A DNA stretch of 64,000 nt, taken from assembly GCA_951406725.2 (NCBI GenBank), contig OX597814.1:214644001-214708000 (forward strand). Direction: 5' to 3'. The notes under the pieces are model-generated. The model searched no databases. It saw only the letters and a list, made by a program, of their open reading frames with translations, and was not told where the DNA came from. Made by a program: the position numbers and the translations under genes. Shown piece by piece: positions 1-12,340 of the stretch; the stretch's first letter is position 1; each line of letters starts with the position of its first letter. The DNA is from Octopus vulgaris. Lineage: Eukaryota.

Positions 1-9
1 CAGACAGAC

Positions 10-71
<62 letters not shown>

Positions 72-72
72 T
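1..72. repeat. (GATA)n microsatellite
   Basis: Direct tetranucleotide run. Confidence 0.95.
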
Positions 73-177
73 ATATTCTGGTGTATATATATATATACAC
101 CAGAATATACTTCAGTACACCAGGAACTCACATAAAGAATCTTGCAAACCAAATCCCAAAACGAAATATATATATGT

Positions 178-395
178 TAAAATTGGGGAAGGCCGGTTTA
201 TGAGATTACCTTAGGTTTCCCATCCATAAAGGGTTTAGCTTTATGGCATATCATCAGATCCATGACCTCTTAAAAATATTTTTAAGAGGTTATGGGCCGA
301 CAGGTTTTTGGGAACTGACAGTATGCCATAAAGCTAAACCCTTTATGGACGGGAAAACTAAGGTAATACCATAAACCAGCCTTCCCCATTTATAA
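178..395. mobile_element. Fold-back HHR-bearing element (PLE-derived or retrozyme-like) between TA-rich tracts
   Basis: Arms ~183-250 and ~322-390 are imperfect inverted repeats; internal palindrome catgacctcttaaaaatatttttaagaggttatg at 261-294. Confidence 0.65.
200..263 (-). ncRNA. Type I hammerhead ribozyme motif
   Basis: Minus strand: atggat CTGATGA tatg-ccataaag-ctaaacc-ctttatgg-atgg GAAA cctaagg TA atctcat. Core intact, stem III ACCT-A-AGGT, GUA triplet. Confidence 0.8.
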
Positions 396-524
396 TATAT
401 ACTGCTCTACATCTTAGAGTAGTCTTCTTCTTTTGGATTTATGTTTTTTACAAAAGATATATATATACATGTATATATAATGTACATATATATATATACA
501 TACACACACACATATATATATATT

Positions 525-750
525 AATAATATAGGGTAAATAATTATGAATTTTAAAAATTAACAATTATTACCAAGTAGTTTCGTTATGGAAATAGAAC
601 CATTATCGGTAGGAACTTTTACAAAAAGCTCTTTATATTTATATCTATAAATAAATAGGGTTAAGCAACAAGTTGCTTAGCCACATACCGAAAATTTAGA
701 AATAGCAGTCAAAGACCGCTTATTCTTATTTTCTACAAATATAGCTCCAC
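525..750 (-). mobile_element. Diverged fragment of the 48823-49809 HHR element family
   Basis: Reverse complement aligns by eye to ~49155-49330 (ctttgactgctatttctaaa...ggtgtgtgg...ctacttggt...accctatattatta). Confidence 0.65.
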
Positions 751-798
751 ATATAACATTTACTTGTAACTCACATATGCAAATATCTATCTACCATG

Positions 799-1098
799 AA
801 GGCACGTGGCTCATGATTGTAATGTCGTGAGTTCAATTCCTGGTGATACGTTGTGTCCTTGAGCAAGACACTTTATTTTATGCTGCTCTAGTCCACTCAG
901 CTGGCAACAAAGAGTAGTACCTGTATTTCAAGGGCCAGCCTTGTCACACTTTGTGCCACGCTGAACATATCTGAGAACTACGTTAAGGGTACATGTGTCT
1001 GTGGATTACTCAGTCACTTGCACGTTAATTTCATGAGCAAGCTATTCCATTGATTGTATCAGCTGGGACCCTCGTCATCATAACTGAAGGAGTGCTCC
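799..1098 (+). mobile_element. tRNA-headed SINE (body 2 + tail X)
   Basis: B-box-like gagttcaattcc; 3' part gtacctgtatttcaagggcc...ggagtgctcc shared with 4216-4600. Confidence 0.75.
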
Positions 1099-1102
1099 TT
1101 TC

Positions 1103-1148
<46 letters not shown>

Positions 1149-2236
1149 AAATATACATAGTGAGAGAGAGACAGGGGGGAGAAAGAGGGAGAGAGAGAGA
1201 GTGCTGAATCTCTTATCTGGTTTCCAGAAATCCAGGAACACCATGCAGTATACAGTTCACTGTATTGAGTAAACCAACCCTGTTTTTGAAATTTGTTAAT
1301 TTTTGAAGTGGTTTGATTGAGATTAAACATTCTCCGATTTAGAATAGCATTGAATTGTACCTGTATCTGTTAAATAAAATTATGTTCTTTACTTTTGGTC
1401 ATTCAATTTTCTAATTTTCAGCCTATAAATATTAGACATGGTACACAATGTAATCAGATGTGTATTTTATCGGTACTTTTTTTTTCACATAAAGGACATA
1501 AACATTTCTTCAAGATGATGAACATGCCATTTTTTTTCTTGCATTGATAAAAAGACAAAAAGTTTCGAAAGTGTACAATGAATGGGTGTAGATGAGTGAA
1601 TAAATTCTCGGTATTATAAAGCTCTCATTTTGTGGTTCTGAAGGGACCAGCAGATTTGAACCCAGAACGAAAGCAAAGTTTTATCATAGTATTTCTGCAT
1701 TATTTCTGTTCACAAATCTCGGCTGCATATCGCCGCTTAGATCGACCTTAGTACTTGACTGATAAAGCGTAAGATTAACTCCGTCAAGATTTGAACTTCA
1801 AACGCAAAAGGTCATTAAAAACCACAAAGCAATTTGTATGAGATACCAAACATAAAATAGTAATTGCAAGAGGTTGATTATAGTAAGTTACTTCCCTTAA
1901 GTGATAACATTTTTCAGAGTCACTTCCCTTGCATTAATGCTAGAAGAGTATATTTTATTACAAGTTTTACACAGACGTTTGAATTAATTGTACCACTGAG
2001 GAAAAAAATGTATAAAAGATGGAACAAAGACAAAAATTAGAAAACTTCCTTGAATTCTGGTAGATATTATAGATAAAATATCTGAAAATAAATTACATCG
2101 TCAGCCTTGATAGCTTTTTAAAAATCTTTTTGAAAATGTCCTGCTTCTGAGATTGGTGATCTTTTTACTGGAAGAAAGGTTTCTGAATAGTTCCTTTAAG
2201 AACATTAAGATGATTCCATAAACTTGTTTGAATATT

Positions 2237-2629
2237 GGATGGATTGGAAGCACTCCGTCGGTTATGACGACGAGGGTTCCGGTTGATCTGAATCAACGGA
2301 ACAGCCTGCTCGTGAAATCAACGTGTAAGTGGCTGAGCATTCCACAGACATGTGCACCCTTAACGTAGTTCTCGGGGATATTCAGCGTGACACAGAGAGT
2401 GACAAGGCCGGCCCTTTGAAATACAGGTACAACAGAAACAGGAAGTAAGAGTGAGAGAAAGTTGTGGTGAAAGAGCACAGCAGGGATCACCACCATCCCC
2501 TGCCGGAGCCTCGTGGAGCTTTAGGTGTTTTCGCTCAATAAACACTCACAACACCCGGTCTGGGAATCGAAACTGCGATCCTATGACCGCGAGTCCGCTG
2601 CCCTAACCACTGGGCCATTGCGCCTCCAC
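2237..2629 (-). mobile_element. tRNA-headed SINE (body 1 + tail X) with TSD
   Basis: Near-identical to 4216-4600 and 59152-59529; 12-bp TSD tgtttgaatatt at 2225-2236 and 2630-2641. Confidence 0.92.
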
Positions 2630-2924
2630 TGTTTGAATATTAAAATATTGCACAAAAGAATATGGTCTTTTATTTTGTTCAATGTCTGCTATGATTTTTA
2701 CATAGATAGATCTGACTGAGATTAATGGAGGATTAAAGTTTTAGTTTATCTCTTGAATCTTCCCATTAATTTTTTCCATCTCTGATTAATTATACTTTTA
2801 CCAAATGAGTCAACTTGTGAAAGATCTGGAACAATCTATATTTTCTATTTCCTTCTTTTGCTAATTCATCTGCTTTCTTACTTCCCTTGATATCTGTATG
2901 GTTAACTATCCAAATTATTGTTAC

Positions 2925-3336
2925 TTACTCTTTTACTCTTTTACTTGTTTCAGTCATTTGACTGCGGCCGTGCTGGAGCACCGCCTTTAGTCGAACAAAT
3001 TGACCCCAGGACTTATTCTTTGTAAGCCTAGTACTTTTTCTATCGGTCACTTTTGCTGAACCGCTAAGTTACGGGGACGTAAACACACCAGCATCGGTTG
3101 TCAAGCGATGTTGGGGGTACAAACACAGACACATAAACATATTCACACACGTACATATATATATACATATATACGACAGGCTTCTTTCAGTTTCCGTCTA
3201 CCAAATCCACTCACAAGGCTTTGGTCGCCCCGAGGCAATAGTAGAAGACACCTGCCCAAGGTGCCACGCAGTGGGACTGAACCCGGAACAATGTGGTTGG
3301 TAAGCAAGCTACTTACCACACAGCCACTCCTGCGCC
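2925..3336 (-). mobile_element. SINE family A (tRNA head, internal TA/TG tract, (AAAGAGT)n tail)
   Basis: Full-length match to many copies in the window, e.g. 34544-34960; A/B-box-like tggctgtgtggt and ggttcagtccc. Confidence 0.9.
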
Positions 3337-3539
3337 TTGTTTACTATTTTTCACTAAATAATTATCTAGTTTTAGAAGAACACTCTTACGTATTTTTTTT
3401 TTCCTTCTTAATTTGATTTCTTTTTTTCATGGTTGAAATATTTCTAGGTTCAATAGTCCATTAATAAATAGAAAAACCTAGTGTTACAACTAAGGGTAAT
3501 ACTCCTATGTGCTTTGACTGATGCCTGTGTCACATAACC

Positions 3540-4125
3540 GGCTCATTTAAAAGTACCCTTCAATTGTCAGGCAATAGGCTATGCTTGAGAAAGCCTGTTG
3601 AGTCAAGAGAAGCCTGTTTAAAAGTACTCAGCAATTATCGGGCAATATGTTGTGCTTAAGGAGACCTGTTGAGTCAAGTGAAATCTTATAGTGGCCGATG
3701 CTAGTGTTGCCTGACTGGCACCTGTGCCTTTGGGATGTAGAAAGCACCATTTGAGCATGGCCAATGCTGGTGGCAGTTAAAAATCACCATTTAAATGTGT
3801 ATTTCTTTACTACCCACAAGGGGCTAAACACAGAGAGGACTAACAAGGACAGAAAAACGGATTAAGTCGATTATATCGACCCCAGTGCGTAACTGGTACT
3901 TCATTTATCGGCCCCGAAAGGATGAAAGGTAAAGTCAACCTTGGCGGAATTTGAACTCAGAACGTAGCGGCAGACGAAATACGGCTACGCATTTCGCCGG
4001 GTGTGCTAACGTTTCTGCCAGCTTGCCGCCTTTAAATGTGGTCGATACCAGTGCCACCAGACTGACCCTCCCATTCCGGTGGCATGTAAAAAGCACCCAC
4101 TACACTCTTGGAGTGGCTGGCGTTA
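3540..4125 (+). mobile_element. RTE LINE 3' UTR fragment interrupted by SINE B
   Basis: Contains ggtggcatgtaaaaagcacccactacactc...ggcgttag as in 8000-8488. Confidence 0.7.
3801..4030 (-). mobile_element. SINE family B (central gactttgcctttcatcctttcggggtcgataaa domain)
   Basis: Matches 13224-13455; TSD tttaaatgtg at 3790-3799 and 4031-4040. Confidence 0.88.
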
Positions 4126-4215
4126 GTCAGTATTGCTTTTGAATGTATTTTGAATCTAAGTAGTACAGTTATCAAAACTGGTGCAATTGCTGTGTGAAAT
4201 AGTTTCGCCAGAAGT

Positions 4216-4600
4216 GGAGGCGCAATGGCCCAGTGGTTAGGGCAGCGGACTCGCGGTCATAGGATCGCGGTTTCGATTCCCAGACCGGGCGTTGTGAGTG
4301 TTTATTGAGCGAAAACACCTAAAAGCTCCACGAGGCTCCGGCAGGGGGTGGTGGTGATCCCTGCTGTACTCTTTCACCACAACTTTCTCTCACTCTTACT
4401 TCCTGTTTTCTGTTGTACCTGTATTTCAAAGGGCCGGCCTTGTCACTCTCTGTGTCACGCTGAATATCCCCGAGAACTATGTTAAGGGTACACATTGTCT
4501 GTGGAGTGCTCAGCCACTTACACGTTGATTTCACGAGCAGGCTGTTCCGTTGATCAGATCAACCGGAACCCTCGTCGTCGTAACTGACGGAGTGCTTCCC
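4216..4600 (+). mobile_element. tRNA-headed SINE (body 1 + tail X)
   Basis: A box tggcccagtgg, B box gtttcgattcc; three near-identical copies in the window. Confidence 0.92.
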
Positions 4601-4972
4601 TTTCAAAAAGTTTCTCCAGACACGAGTAGATACAGTGAAGAAACTGAAGTAAATGGATTGCAATTATAATAATAAAATAAATAAAAAGACAATGAAAATC
4701 CATGCAAAAAACAAAAAAATCTGTCATCAAAATCAGACACAGACTTATGTAGACCAAAGACAACTTACCAGTCTGACTCTCCTCATTATTCTAGTGATAG
4801 ACTAGGTGGTATCCAGATTGAACCTAATGTAGATGCCAAAGCAATATTCGAGACACATCAAAGCTGAAAGAGAAGAAATTACACAGATTAGAAACAGTTC
4901 TTTCAATATTTCACTAATGACTTATCATCATTATTATTTTTTTTTAGTTTCAGTGTATCTTATAATCTTTAA

Positions 4973-5194
4973 CCCTTTAGTGTTCGCATTATTCTGCCAA
5001 AATTAATCCTTTTTTATCCACATTGCTTTGAACTAATCATGCGTTAATCTTGTAGCTATGAGATTTTGATGAGGTAGCTGTTAATTTTTAAAACGATATT
5101 GTAGAGTTGGTGTGAGAGACCAGATCTGGCCAGTTTGAACATAAAACAGGCAGAATACTTCAGGCTGGATATGGCCGGTTTAAATGCTAAAGGG
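4973..5194. mobile_element. piggyBac-type MITE (family P1)
   Basis: TTAA|CCCTTTAG...CTAAAGGG|TTAA; related copies at 12744 and 24796. Confidence 0.85.
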
Positions 5195-5459
5195 TTAAAG
5201 GAATGCTGTCTTATGGAAAATTCAATAGATTATCTATAATCTGTAAAAGTAAACAAGATTAATTTAAATTAGTTTTTATGGAAAACTTGCACTTAATTCA
5301 ACTTGTATATTAATTTGCTTGTATATTTATAAACATGTATTAAGATTTTTGTATATATTCTATGTATGTGTGTGTATGTGTATGTGTGTGTATACGTGTA
5401 TATCCATATCTGTCTATCTATCTATCAACATACATTCGCCCCAACCCTCATTTACATAT

Positions 5460-5700
5460 TTTACTCTTTTACTCTTTTATTTGTTTCAGTCATTTGACAC
5501 CGGCCATGCTGGAGCACCACCTTTAGTTGAGCAAATCGACCCCAGGACTTTATTTTCTTAAGCTTAGTACTAATTCTATTGGTCTCTTTTGCTGAACCAC
5601 TAAGTTATAGGGACATTAACACATGAACATAAGTTGACAAGTGGTGGAGGGGTACAAACACAGACACAAAGACACACACACACACATAAACACATACATA
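5460..5700 (-). mobile_element. SINE family A, 3' portion
   Basis: Matches the family A tail. Confidence 0.8.
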
Positions 5701-5709
5701 CATATGTAC

Positions 5710-5754
<45 letters not shown>

Positions 5755-5755
<1 letters not shown>

Positions 5756-6010
5756 TGGCACTTGTGCTGGTGGCATGTGAAAAAACATTCGAGTGAGGTC
5801 GTTGCCAGTACCACCTGACTGGCCCTCATGCTGGTGGCATGTAACAGCACCCACTACACTCTCAGAGTGGTTGGCATTAGGAAGGGCATCCAGCTGTAGA
5901 AACTCTGCCAGATCAAGATTGAAGCCTGGTGCAGCCATCTGGTTCACCAGTCCTCAGTCAAACCTTCCAACCCATGCTACCATGGAAAGCGGACGTTAAA
6001 CGATGATGAT
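5755..6010 (+). mobile_element. RTE LINE 3' end with (GAT)n tail
   Basis: Ends gcggacgttaaacgatgatgat. Confidence 0.85.
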
Positions 6011-6012
6011 AT

Positions 6013-6525
6013 ATCATCATCATTGTTTAACGTCCGCTTTCCATGCTAGCATGGGTTGGACGGTTCAACTGGGGTCTGGGAAACCAGGAGGCTATACCAG
6101 GCCCAGTCTGATCTGGCAGTGTTTCTATAGCTGGATGCCCTTCCTAACGCCAACCACTCCGTGAGTGTAGTGGGTGCTTTTTACGTGCCAGCCGAGGTTG
6201 GCAACGGCCATGATCGATTGGTGCTTTTTATGTGCCACCGGCATGGAGGCCAGTCGGGGCGGCTCTGGCAATGGCCACATTCAGATGGTTCTCTTATGTG
6301 CCACCGGCACTGGTATCACAACTACAATTTCCATTGATTTTGATCGATTTCGATTTCACTTGCCTCAACAGGTCTTCACAAGTAGAATTTTGTGTCCCAA
6401 GAAGGAAAGGTATGCATAAGTGGACTGGCTACATCCCAGGTAGAGGCCATGGGTTATGGTCTCACTTGTCCTGCCGGGTCTTCTCACGCCCAGCATACTT
6501 CCAAAGGTCTCGGTCACTAGTCAAG
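6013..6525 (-). mobile_element. RTE LINE 3' end including last codons
   Basis: Reverse complement of the 7940-8488 type; minus-strand TSDRDLWKYA; (GAT)n tail. Confidence 0.85.
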
Positions 6526-6602
6526 GTATCTCCATGTATATATATTTATATCAAATTATAAGGTCCACCTTTTCAACCCTATTGAAGTGGTTTGAGTTAA
6601 TA

Positions 6603-6808
6603 TTGATTTCAAATTTTGGCACAAGTCCAGTAATTTGGGGGGAATTGGGAAGTTGATTATATTGACCCCAAGTGTTCAAGTGGTACTTATTTTATCGACC
6701 CAAAAGGGATGAAGGGCAAAGTTGACCTTGGCAGAATTTGAAAGACGGATGAAATGCCACAAAGCATTTTGTCCAGCATGCTAATGAATCTACTAGCTCA
6801 CTGCTTTA
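6603..6808 (-). mobile_element. SINE family B (diverged)
   Basis: gtacttattttatcgacccaaaagggatgaagggcaaagttgacc. Confidence 0.75.
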
Positions 6809-7072
6809 GTTTGAGTTAATATTGAGACTAAGAATAAATGTAGAATTATTAGTTTCGGTACACTCAAAATTACTATACTTCTGAAAAGTTGTAAATGCCA
6901 TAATTGTATTAATACAATCGTTGGTAACTAATTTCCTGAGTTATTTGGAAGTAGAAAAAGATGCCTTGCAGTATTTATTCTGGTTCTCTGGTCTCAATTT
7001 AAATGCTACCAAAATTAACTTTGCCTTTTACCCTTATGGAGTTTGTTAAAATAAACTATTGGTTCAGATTTC

Positions 7073-7310
7073 ACTCTTTTACTCTTTACTCTTTTACTTG
7101 TTTCAGTCATTTGACTGCGGCCATGCTGGAGCACCGCCTTTTAGTCAAGTAAATCAACCCCAGGTCTTATTCTTTGTAAGCCTAGTACTTATTCTCTCTG
7201 TCTCTTTTGCCGAACCGCTAAGTTATGGGGACGTAAACACACCACCATCGGTTGTCAAGCGATGTTGGGGGAACAAACACAGACACACAAGCATATATAC
7301 AGACACATCC

Positions 7311-7348
<38 letters not shown>

Positions 7349-7510
7349 ACGGGCTTCTTTCAGTTTCCGTCTACCAAATCCACTCACAAGGCTTTGGTCA
7401 GCCCGAGCCTATAGTAGAAGACACTTGCCCAAGGTGCCATGCAGTGGGAATGAACCCAGAACCATATGGTCGGTAAGCAAGCTACTTCCCACACAGCCAC
7501 TCCTGTGCCT
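7073..7510 (-). mobile_element. SINE family A
   Basis: Full-length match to family A. Confidence 0.9.
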
Positions 7511-7717
7511 AATGGATTAATGGAACTGTTTGATAACTGGGTGGATTGTCTTGAAATACTTATTCAGTTCTTTTCATTCTGAATAGTTATTATTTGTTGC
7601 CTCATTTAATATGCCCATCTGGTCCCTGAGTTTCTTAACTTCACATTGTCATAAATACTTGAGTCAAATCTCCAGTTTGAAGAAAGCTTTCTTCCTTTCT
7701 CTCATCAGTCTCATCAG

Positions 7718-8486
7718 TGTAAGTACCTTGAAAGAAATGTTGGACCTAAGAAGCATCAGCTGTGGTGTGCAAGAGAGACGATTGCGCTGGTATGGTCATG
7801 TGGCGAGAATGGATGAAGATAGGTGTGTGAAAAAGTGCCAATCCCTAGCAGTTGAGGGAACCTGTGGAAGAGGCAGACCCAGGAAGACCTGGGACGAGGT
7901 GGTGAAGCATGACCTTCGAACTTTAGGCCTCACCGAGGCAATGACTAGCGACCGAGACCTTTGGAAATATGCTGTGTGTAAGAAGACCCGGCAGGACAAG
8001 TGAGTCCAGCCCACTTATGCATGCCTTTCCTCCCTTGGACACACAAAGACCTGTTGAGGCAAGCGAAGTCAAAATCGAACCTCATCTGACGACAGGCACC
8101 CATGCCAACCTCCCTTCATTGGACACTAAACTCTGCTTACGAAGACCTGTTGGGGCAAGTGAAATCGAAATTGAACCAATCCTATGACTGGCACCCGGCA
8201 GTTGCCAGGACCGCTGGACTGACTCCTGTGCAGGTAGCAAGTGAAGAAACACCATTTCGACCCTGTGCTTGAGGAGATCCATTGAGTCAAGTACACCAAC
8301 ATCAAAATCAATGGAAACTGCAGTTGTGATCCCTGTGCCGGTGGCATGTAAAAAGCACCATCCGAACGTGGCCGATGCCAGCGCCGCCTCGACTGACTTC
8401 TGTGCTGGTGGCACGTAAAAAGCACCCACTACACTCACGGAGTGGTTGGCGTTAGGAAGGGCATCCAGCCGTAGAAACACTGCCAG

Positions 8487-8488
<2 letters not shown>
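7718..8488 (+). mobile_element. 5'-truncated RTE-clade LINE (ORF C-terminus plus 3' UTR)
   Basis: ORF end RRLRWYGHVARM...GRGRPRKTWDEVVKHDL...DRDLWK (stop at 8003) is typical of the RTE ORF C-terminus; it is followed by the UTR seen throughout the window. Confidence 0.9.
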
Positions 8489-8537
<49 letters not shown>

Positions 8538-9091
8538 GAGTGAGAGAGCAGTTCATGCCATCAAAGTGACACTGGGGTAAAATATACGAAGCCCAATATA
8601 CCCATCATGACTACCCGTCTGATAAGGGTACACCAGGCACATGCATCACAACCATATGTGCGCGACATGGTGATCTTATATCAAGATAAACAGCACATGA
8701 CCTTGCAGGTGGGGCCCAGTTAGAATTTTCTTCAGGTTGAGTAGCTCATCCCGCTCAAAAGGTCCCTGAATAAGGGTTGTTTAAGGATGTTGAAAGAACC
8801 ACCCAGGTTTCCAGAGGCGAATTATTCAAACCCCAAAGAATCCCTCTCAACACATGGCTATGATGCTCCCCCACTACTTCTGCTCGTGATCAGAGATGCA
8901 CATATCGTCAGCCACTAAGGGACATGCTCAACTGGTTAAGGTCAAACAACTGACAAGCAAATCTGTGGTATTGAGCAGAATATTTGCTGTAGCCCACCTT
9001 TTATACCAAAACAAAACAATGTACATGATAACACTTCCAATCAGTTAAGATCAGAAGCCATGAAAGCCACTGCCTGGTACTGCATCAGGGC

Positions 9092-9094
<3 letters not shown>
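8538..9094. mobile_element. ~555-bp non-coding insert between (TTA)n tracts, probable TAA-targeted non-autonomous element
   Basis: Higher-complexity block flanked by pure (TTA)n at 8488-8537 and 9093-9168; only one copy in the window. Confidence 0.45.
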
Positions 9095-9169
<75 letters not shown>

Positions 9170-9528
9170 CATCATCATCATTATCATCATTATTATTATT
9201 CATAGTAGAAATATTAATAATAATAGTGATTTTTAATATCAAATAATTGACTTCAGAATAATAAATTCATTAAAAATGTCTTTGAAAGCAGAGATGCCTT
9301 CCTTTTCCCAGTTGATAATATAATATGTAAAAGACAGCAGGTATCATAAATACTTTCTTTGAAAGTGATGTTTCCATAGTGAAGGATATTTATTCCTGAG
9401 TTTTGGAATAATGTATTCTAATAACACTGGGAGACACTGTCAACATTGAAATTGAAAAAGCAATAAACAAAAATTGAAAAAGCTTTTAAATAATGAGACT
9501 GTTCTCAAAGCTGAACAAGACCAAAATT

Positions 9529-9913
<385 letters not shown>

Positions 9914-10056
9914 TATACCTGTCAATGTGCATATATCCTAAAAGAGTACTCATTTGTATTTATTGTGTTTTTTCCTTTACTAGAGAGTGGGGTTTCACTT
10001 CATCTCTGAGGGAAATGGAAAACTCAGAGTAGCAAAGGAGTGATACCTCAATGAAT

Positions 10057-10378
10057 GGGCATGGCTCAGTGGTTAGTGCATCGGGCTCACAGTCATGAGG
10101 TTATCAGTTCGATTCCTAGACCAGGTTGTGTGTTGTGTTTTTGAGCAAGCCACTTTATTTCATGTTCCTCCAGTTTACTCAACTGTAGAAATGGGTCACT
10201 GGTGCCAAGCTGTATCGGCCTTTGCCTTTCCTTTGGATAACATCGGTGGAGTGGAGAGGAGAGGCTGGTATGCATGGCCAACTACTGGTCTTCCATAAAC
10301 AATCTTGCCTGGACTTGTGCCTCAGAGAACTTTCTAGGTGCAATCCCATAGTCATTCATCACTGAAGGGGGGTCTTTA
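10057..10378 (+). mobile_element. tRNA-headed SINE (body 2 + tail Y)
   Basis: A box tggctcagtgg, B box gttcgattcc; matches 44826-45151. Confidence 0.85.
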
Positions 10379-10501
10379 CTATAAACTCTCTGTGGAAGTC
10401 AACTCGTGACTGAGTAAGTCTACTTCCTAAACTCAGTGAGTCCATGCAAATATTCCGAGAGTCCAAGAAGTTTCTGTGTGTGAATTTGGTTTGAGTAGAC
10501 A

Positions 10502-10725
10502 AGTAGGAAAGTGAACAGTGTATGAGTCATGATATACATGTGTACATGCATATGGAGGGGAAGATATCAGGTGTGGTGTTGGTGAACTTCAGGAAGCATG
10601 GAGGTTTTAAAGGATGTACTGTCTTAGCAGCTAACAACTGATGCAAGTAGTCTGTTCCATGTTTCAGTAACTCTGAGTGTGAAAAAATGTTTCCAAAAGT
10701 CATGAGAGCTGTGCTGTTTTTTGCA
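10502..10725 (-). mobile_element. CR1-clade LINE 3' fragment
   Basis: Homologous to 26250-26607. Confidence 0.75.
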
Positions 10726-11420
10726 AACTTGTATGAAAACCTAGTTGGTCTCTGGTTGTCTCAACCTCTGTGTGTGCCACAGGTGTTATAGCTGATTGTG
10801 CTGAAAAATGGGTTCAGTGCTGTGCAACACTACTACTCACCTTGTACTTTGAGGTGCCGCCAGGACACCTCATCAGGGCTATCACTTTGGAGATATCATT
10901 ATTTCATTCTCATTCTCTCTCCTAAATGTGAATAGCCATGTAGCTCTTCTACAACTTGAATGTGATTTACCCCAATCTCTTCTCTCATACCTTAATCGCC
11001 ATTTGACATATGGACATACCTGCTCCATTCCTTGGGCTTTGTAGATATTGTGAGCTGCATGGCAACTTTGAGAGTACATACTACCGAGCATCCAGTATAC
11101 ACTGCAAAGTAGTTGGTGTTGGAAAGATATCCAGCCAAAGATACCAAACCAGAGCAGCCACAGGAACATGATGCAGTCCTTGGACCCATCAGATCCTTTC
11201 AAACCATTCAACCCATGCCAGAATGCAACATGCACATTAAACAGTGGTGGTGATGTTGACAATGATGATGATGATATGAATGATGGCTGTCCACTTTCGA
11301 TCAAGGAAGACCATCACTGACCATTGCCCATGCAAAATGCCAGCAACACCTGTGCATAAGGTTATTGCACTGGATTCCATGTTACCAGCTGCACTCATGA
11401 GCAATCTTACAAGTGACGTG

Positions 11421-11460
<40 letters not shown>

Positions 11461-11542
11461 AATTGCAGCGTGGAAGGTGTTTGTAAGCCATTTAAGAAAC
11501 ACACAAAAGCCGTTTGATTCACTTCGACATTTAAGTTTAATA

Positions 11543-11589
11543 TGTCAAAATATTTTCGTCGCTTTAAGACCATGACCTGTTCACTGACA
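11543..11589 (-). ncRNA. Hammerhead-like motif, G3:C8 core variant
   Basis: tgtca GTGAACA ggtcatggtcttaaagcgac GAAA atat TT tgaca. Confidence 0.6.
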
Positions 11590-11635
11590 AAAATCCATGA
11601 TGCATCACGGATTTTTGAGATGCAGCACGGATTTT

Positions 11636-11682
11636 TGTCAGTGAACAGGTCATGGTCTTAAAGCGACGAAAATATTTTGACA
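11636..11682 (+). ncRNA. Hammerhead-like motif, G3:C8 core variant
   Basis: Helix I tgtca/tgaca, core GTGAACA 11641-11647, GAAA 11668-11671, palindromic stem III AATATT. Confidence 0.6.
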
Positions 11683-12099
11683 TATTAAACTTAAATGTCG
11701 AAGTGAATCAAACGGCTTTTGTGTGTTTCTTAAATGGTTTACAAACACCTTCCATGCTGCAATAGTTTTCGTTCCAGTACATGATCTCAGATCAAATCAC
11801 TTGCTATGCAAGTACATCTCCGTATATATATATATTTATATATATATAAACACATACATTCATACACACACACACACATGATGTATGAATATACTCCATT
11901 GATGCTTTCTTTAACCCATGTTGCCAAATGTAACATTGGTGGCTTCTTCTTTATCTCTTGATTTCCAAATGTTCTGAAAGCATCTGTCTTAGTCTCCTTG
12001 TATTGCTGATGAAATATTACTGTTTTCTGGGTAGGAGTAAGATACTTTCCAGTTCTGCATGCATCCAACAATTCTGCTTACTGCATAATTAGTGAAGGC

Positions 12100-12100
<1 letters not shown>

Positions 12101-12132
<32 letters not shown>

Positions 12133-12140
12133 CATCATCA

Positions 12141-12230
<90 letters not shown>

Positions 12231-12340
12231 CCACCACCATCACCACCATCATCACCACCACCACCACCACCACCACCACCACCACCACCACCACCACCAC
12301 CACCACCACCACCACCACCACCACCACCACCACCACCACC

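Larger units (their letters stand above)
11458..11822. mobile_element. Fold-back element between (TA)n tracts carrying variant HHR motifs on both strands
   Basis: ~140-bp inverted arms (11458-11597 and 11628-11767) plus a one-sided extension; second copy at 48485-48817. Confidence 0.85.

Noticed and set aside
4216-4290. tRNA gene
   Set aside because: A and B boxes are present but continue into a SINE body found in several TSD-flanked copies.
9060-9094. Faint U2 snRNA 3' stem-loop or HDV-ribozyme resemblance
   Set aside because: Only a few matching bases; no P1/P1.1/P3 nested pseudoknot could be built.
9973-10040. gaaaactcagagta with ccttt/aaagg flanks
   Set aside because: No recognisable CUGANGA box.
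10839-10879. Minus-strand CTGATGA with 6-bp stem II ggtgtc/ggcacc
   Set aside because: Followed by TCAAA instead of GAAA and lacks a UH triplet; too decayed to call.
11458-11767. Interpretation of fold-back elements as TIR MITEs or pre-miRNAs
   Set aside because: Arms are asymmetric, inversion points differ between copies and arms share locus-private mutations, unlike the true MITEs in this window.
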